From: Promethearchaeota archaeon
GTDB lineage: Archaea > Asgardarchaeota > Lokiarchaeia > Sigyniarchaeales > SOKP01
NCBI GenBank assembly: GCA_016839705.1
Contig: JAEOTR010000079.1
Coordinates: forward strand, 1 to 64,000
Direction of reading: 5' to 3'
Length of the DNA: 64,000 bases
Position 1 is the first letter of the stretch, and the number at the start of each line of letters is the position of its first letter. Below are positions 59,405-64,000 of the stretch, in pieces. The position numbers were made by a program, and so were the translations under genes. The notes beneath the pieces are model-generated. The model was given only the letters and a program-made list of their open reading frames with translations, made no database searches and was not told where the DNA came from.

Positions 59405-59656
59405 ATTTATAAATTACTTTTTTCTTTTTTTAGTAAATTAACACTAAATAAAATGGTTTTATTTTATTTTTATAACGGGAAGTATCAAATTATAAAAAAA
59501 GACAATTTTCTTTCACATAGTATTATTTTTATATTATTTAGCTTTATTACCCAATTCAGAAAAATATTGGGTGATAAAGCAAAAAATTAAATCCTTGAAT
59601 TATCATGAATCTTTTAAAGAAGATATCTTGACAAAATTAGGAGTTATATCTGAGAG

Positions 59657-60274
59657 ATGAGTATGGATCAATTGTTAGAAGCAACGAGTAATCTCATTGA
59701 ACAACAATTCAAGATTCCAGGTAGAGACATTATCATTGGTAGAACTCCAGAAGTTTCTGTAAAGATAAGCAAATCTGGTCAAATTGTAAAAAAATTTAAG
59801 GATCTATTCAATTCCAATTTACATTTATTTATTGAAGGTAAATATCTGCAATTTCTAAATTTATTTAAAAAAATCAAGGGGATAGATGAGAATCATATTA
59901 ACGAAATCTATCAAGACCTTGAGCTTAAGTTTGAAAATTTAAAAGATACTGACAACATAAATATTGTTGTTCTGTACGCGATGGTATTGAATTCTCTTAT
60001 TTCAAGTATAAGAGATCTCAATTTTGCTGAAACAATAAGGGAAATAAAAAAACGTGTAAAAAATAGGATTTCTGCTAACGAAACCCAAATTCAGAAGGAA
60101 TTGGATAAACTCTTTATGATGAACGATGGTAATGTGTCGATTTTATATAATATATCTTATTTAGATACCTTAGCAGAATCCTTTAACTATAATAAGGTTG
60201 CTCACACTTGTAAGATTCAGGAGAGTAAATTTATTAACCGAATTGTAAACCTAATTATTTCTCCAAATAATTAA
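59657..60274 (+). CDS. hypothetical protein
   Basis: 205-aa ORF with GGAG upstream. Confidence 0.65.
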   Translation: MSMDQLLEATSNLIEQQFKIPGRDIIIGRTPEVSVKISKSGQIVKKFKDLFNSNLHLFIEGKYLQFLNLFKKIKGIDENHINEIYQDLELKFENLKDTDNINIVVLYAMVLNSLISSIRDLNFAETIREIKKRVKNRISANETQIQKELDKLFMMNDGNVSILYNISYLDTLAESFNYNKVAHTCKIQESKFINRIVNLIISPNN

Positions 60275-60292
60275 ATGATTCTTCCACAATTA

Positions 60293-61063
60293 CTATTTCT
60301 CAAGAAATTCCTGACTTAGAATATGTGCAAGAACATCTAAAACAATTCCCCTGAACTTATTATCCTGAATTCTAATTCTATCTGAAAATTCAATTTGTAT
60401 TGCTTGACTTCTTGGAATTTGAGAAGCACCATATTCTTTTGTTATATAACCACCAGTTAATACGTATTCTTTTCTCTTGGGATGACCTGGAGCAATAGGT
60501 ATTTCCAAATCAAGAAAATTTTGGATTATTTTCCCACGTATGTTATTTCCTAGATCTTTTCTAGGTATTGGCTCAGGGAAGAATGATTCTAAATTATTCG
60601 TTCCTAAAATGATATCTACATCTCTAAAACCTGGTGGACGTTTATTTTTTTCAAAACCATGGATATCAATCAGTAGAGAACAATTAAACAGTTTTAAATT
60701 ATCCATTACATAATCTTTAATTTTATCATGATAAATCTTGTAGATCCTTTTAGCGATACTAGAACTCTGAATAAATGCTTCCTTTTCCTCTCGATTCATA
60801 TCGATTTTACTACGACGAACCTTAGAAATTACATATGAAGGGATTTTATATTCTAAACCATGTTCCTTATATTTTGATTTAATACTTTCAATTAACATTT
60901 TAGCAATCTCAATAGTCCTACCATCAATTCCTAAAATACCTTGCGATCTTTTTGGGATTTTCTCACATTCTAAAGTTCCACCATGCGGCACAGAGATGAT
61001 TAAGGGTAACGTACCTTTTTGAAATTCCACACAATCTTTCAGATTTACCATTTCATTAAACAT
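60293..61063 (-). CDS. N-formylglutamate amidohydrolase family protein
   Basis: ISVPHGG, IDMNR, LIDIHG, GGYIT, AIQIE. Confidence 0.82.
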   Translation of the reverse strand: MFNEMVNLKDCVEFQKGTLPLIISVPHGGTLECEKIPKRSQGILGIDGRTIEIAKMLIESIKSKYKEHGLEYKIPSYVISKVRRSKIDMNREEKEAFIQSSSIAKRIYKIYHDKIKDYVMDNLKLFNCSLLIDIHGFEKNKRPPGFRDVDIILGTNNLESFFPEPIPRKDLGNNIRGKIIQNFLDLEIPIAPGHPKRKEYVLTGGYITKEYGASQIPRSQAIQIEFSDRIRIQDNKFRGIVLDVLAHILSQEFLEK

Positions 61064-61149
61064 TAATAATATAAAAAGATAATTAAGATTTTTTTAAATG
61101 ATCGGGGAGATATGAGAAATAAGAAAATGGAAATATAGAATAGTGGAAA

Positions 61150-61605
61150 TTAAAATTCAAGAACCAAATAGATTACAAAGAATACCACGAACAAAAGAGC
61201 ATTGGAGAGAAAAAACAGTAGAAATTCATATTTCCTCACTTTTTCATATAAAAGATAACCAAAACCCCAAATTATTAGAGCACTAATACTACCTAGAACT
61301 ATATCAGCAATGGCATTTATTATACTATCTGCTTGATTCATATGTTTTAAACCCCATTGTAATATAAGAGTATTTTCTACAATCTCCCAAATTACCGCAA
61401 ATATAACTGTACCAACAAAAAACCACATCCAATGAGATTTTTGGATCTTAAAATGATTAGGATCAAAAAGATTTCTTATCGTTGAAACTAATGAGAGAAA
61501 CGAGAAAACGGCGACTCCCATCGCTAAATGACCAAAACTAAAGAAATCAAACACAGATTGACCGACCTCACTTGGTAAAATTGCCCATAACCAATTAAAT
61601 ATCAT
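61150..61605 (-). CDS. membrane protein with putative intramembrane H/E/D metal site (DUF2585-like)
   Basis: DFFSFGH, WEIVEN, DSIINAIAD within TM helices. Confidence 0.65.
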   Translation of the reverse strand: MIFNWLWAILPSEVGQSVFDFFSFGHLAMGVAVFSFLSLVSTIRNLFDPNHFKIQKSHWMWFFVGTVIFAVIWEIVENTLILQWGLKHMNQADSIINAIADIVLGSISALIIWGFGYLLYEKVRKYEFLLFFLSNALLFVVFFVIYLVLEF

Positions 61606-61728
61606 TATAATATCAAATAATATCCTTTTTTTATTGTTATAGAATAACTAACTATAGATTTAGTTTAAAAAATATTGTAATATATTATATCTAATCATTC
61701 ATCGCATAATATTTAGGTTAGCCTTTAC

Positions 61729-63009
61729 TTGAAAAAAATTGCTTTTGTAATCTATTATCATAGACAGAACTTTTATAGCTTGAATGCAATAGCTGGTGCA
61801 CTCGAGACAGATAAGATATTTGAGAGTATTGACTTTTACTTCTCAAGCTCTATTGAAGAACTCATGGAAACCCTCAAAGAGTTAGTCAAATCCTATAATA
61901 AAATTATAGTGGGGATTTCATTTTTCACTTCCCAACTCTTTGAAACTCATGACTTAGTTCAAAAGATAAAAAAAAAATATGATATGAAGTGCCTGTTGGT
62001 AGCAGGCGGTTCTCATCCAACAGGAGACCCCGTTGGCACCATTAAAATGGGATTTGATATAGTAGTAGTTGGTGAGGGTGAAGAAACGATAATTGAACTC
62101 ATGCAGAAAATAAAATCTGACGAAAATCTAAATAAAGTGAGAGGAATTGTTTATAGAAATAAAGCAGGTGAACATATCTTAACAAGCAAACGCTCTTTAA
62201 TCAATATGAATGATTATCCTCCTTTTCCTTTAAAAAATACGAGATATGGAGCTATTGAAATCACAAGAGGTTGCCCTTATGTATGCTATTTCTGTCAAAT
62301 ACCCTTTATTGTAGGCACTATCCCAAGACATAGAAGTATCGAAAATATATGTAAATATGTCCAAGAGTTGCATAATCATTATGGAGATCTTACCGATATA
62401 AGATTTATAACACCAAATGCCTTTTCGTATGGTTCAAAAGATGGAAAAAGTTTAAATTTAGAAAAACTTGAAACTCTACTAATAAATATTAGAAAAATTA
62501 TTGGTACAAAAGGGAGAATATATCTTGGAACGTTTCCCTCAGAAGTAAGGCCTGAACATGTCACCCAAGATACATTAAATTTAGTTTTAAAGTATGGTAA
62601 TAATGACAATATTACTATTGGGGCACAATCTGGTAGTCAAAAAGTCCTTGACTCATGCCATCGAGGACATACAGTTGAAGATGTTAATCGAGCAGTAAAA
62701 TTGACTTTAAAAAATAACCTTAATATAAATGTAGATTTCATTTTTGGCTTGCCGGGAGAAGATGATGAAGATGTCAAGCAAACAGTAGAACTTATGACAC
62801 ATTTATCAACTCAGGGTGCAAAAATTCATGCCCATGCGTTTATTCCTTTACCTCAAACACCGTTCTCAAAAACAAAAGCTAAAAGAGTTAATGATATTTA
62901 CAAGAATGAGATTAAAACCCTAATTTCAAAGGGATTAGCTTTTGGTAATTGGAAAAACCAAGAAAAATTAGCAAGGAAAATTACTGATTATTTTAAGAAT
63001 AGAAATTGA
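61729..63009 (+). CDS. B12-binding domain / radical SAM protein (TIGR04013-like)
   Basis: AGGSHPTGDP, GEGE, EITRGCPYVCYFCQ, FPSEVRPE. Confidence 0.88.
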   Translation: MKKIAFVIYYHRQNFYSLNAIAGALETDKIFESIDFYFSSSIEELMETLKELVKSYNKIIVGISFFTSQLFETHDLVQKIKKKYDMKCLLVAGGSHPTGDPVGTIKMGFDIVVVGEGEETIIELMQKIKSDENLNKVRGIVYRNKAGEHILTSKRSLINMNDYPPFPLKNTRYGAIEITRGCPYVCYFCQIPFIVGTIPRHRSIENICKYVQELHNHYGDLTDIRFITPNAFSYGSKDGKSLNLEKLETLLINIRKIIGTKGRIYLGTFPSEVRPEHVTQDTLNLVLKYGNNDNITIGAQSGSQKVLDSCHRGHTVEDVNRAVKLTLKNNLNINVDFIFGLPGEDDEDVKQTVELMTHLSTQGAKIHAHAFIPLPQTPFSKTKAKRVNDIYKNEIKTLISKGLAFGNWKNQEKLARKITDYFKNRN

Positions 63010-63028
63010 TTTCTAGAATATTCAATAG

Positions 63029-63889
63029 TCACTTTACTATATATACAATTTCTTCTTTGATTTCAATAAATTCTTCCTTTTCTAATTGAGAAAGAATAGT
63101 TTTAAGTTTTTTATTATCAACAGTTTTTAATTGTTTCTCGATTTCAGATATATTGAAGGATTTACCTGAAATTAACATTTTTAAAACTTTTCCCCTAATT
63201 TGTCTATTTGAGCCTTTGAATGATGCTTGTTTTCGGTAATGAGCACTTCTTTTATTCAAATCGGGATGTAATTTTTTGAGCATAACTCCATAATCCATTA
63301 GGGCATAATACCATTCCCGAGGATTAGTTTTATCCATTGTTTTCTCCACAATTGGAAATATTTCTTTATCTGTGATATCATCCTTGCTGCGAAAGAAAAA
63401 ATAGATGTAAACTCTCCTAATATTTGTCTCAATAAAAATCGTAGATTTATTAAACGCAAACGTAGCAATTGAGGATGCAGTATTATGTCCAATTTGAGGA
63501 AAGGATTTTAATATTTCTATTGAATTAGGTAAATTACCATTATATTCATTGATTACAATATCGGATATTTTCTTTAATGCTATTGCCCTTCTATTATACC
63601 CTAAACCTTGCCAAGCTTTAAGAACATCTTCTAGTGGGGCTTTTGATAAGACTAAAAAACTTGGAAATTTTTCTATAAAAGTTAAAAACTTTTCTGAGAC
63701 TCTTCCTGTCTGAGTTTGCTGTAGCATGATTTCAGATACTAGTACATTATAAGGAGTGATCTTTTCTCTAAAGGGAAAACTTCTTCTATGTTGTTTATAA
63801 TAACTATAAATTATAGTTCGGAATTGGCTAATAATTTCTTTTGACAACCCGTGTTCTTTATAAGATTTATGGAATTCAGATATAAGCAA
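63029..63889 (-). CDS. mutY: A/G-specific adenine glycosylase (MutY-like, no Fe-S motif)
   Basis: LVSEIMLQQTQ, WQGLGYNRRA, HhH FPQIGHNTA, ETNIRRV, ALMDYG. Confidence 0.85.
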   Translation of the reverse strand: MLISEFHKSYKEHGLSKEIISQFRTIIYSYYKQHRRSFPFREKITPYNVLVSEIMLQQTQTGRVSEKFLTFIEKFPSFLVLSKAPLEDVLKAWQGLGYNRRAIALKKISDIVINEYNGNLPNSIEILKSFPQIGHNTASSIATFAFNKSTIFIETNIRRVYIYFFFRSKDDITDKEIFPIVEKTMDKTNPREWYYALMDYGVMLKKLHPDLNKRSAHYRKQASFKGSNRQIRGKVLKMLISGKSFNISEIEKQLKTVDNKKLKTILSQLEKEEFIEIKEEIVYIVK

Positions 63890-64000
63890 ATATATTCACT
63901 ATATTTTAGTTTTTATTATCTAAATCTATTCAATTAGAATGTGACCTCCTCATTTTGAAAGACTAAAAACGAATTCAGTTACTCCCCCTTCGATTCTTTT

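Noticed and set aside
1-64000. CRISPR array, transposase/integrase, rRNA
   Set aside because: No regularly spaced repeats, no DDE or tyrosine recombinase motifs, and no long GC-rich rRNA-like tract were seen

Overview
AT-rich (roughly 30% GC by eye) archaeal chromosomal segment whose gene content points to an Asgard archaeon of the Lokiarchaeia/Promethearchaeota type: eS26, several Roadblock/longin/uDENN-like proteins, an alpha-SNAP-like TPR protein, several SCP2 proteins and a solitary cdhE. Core blocks are RaSEA-ArcS, Gar1-TFB, ahcY, dnaG, the eS19-PDCD5-eL39-eL31-aIF6-eL20-pfdA-ftsY-secE cluster and yhbY-rpp21-nep1, interleaved with metabolic and accessory genes. There are four tRNA genes: Gly(UCC) is intact, Asp(GUC) has 1 intron, Arg(UCG) has 2, and tRNA-Phe(GAA) can be reconstructed by removing FOUR non-canonical BHB-type introns (one exon is only 8 nt). 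The Phe and Asp T-loop introns are clearly related. Other highlights are an Lrp/AsnC regulator with an embedded TBP repeat, at least three genes (including eS26) that appear to start at ATT, several structured intergenic RNA candidates (notably a ~320-nt switch-like element ahead of a small tail-anchored protein), and a 1224-aa multi-Lrp-like protein flanked by related inverted repeats. No CRISPR array, rRNA or transposase was seen. All calls are by eye from motifs; no database searches or folding programs were run.
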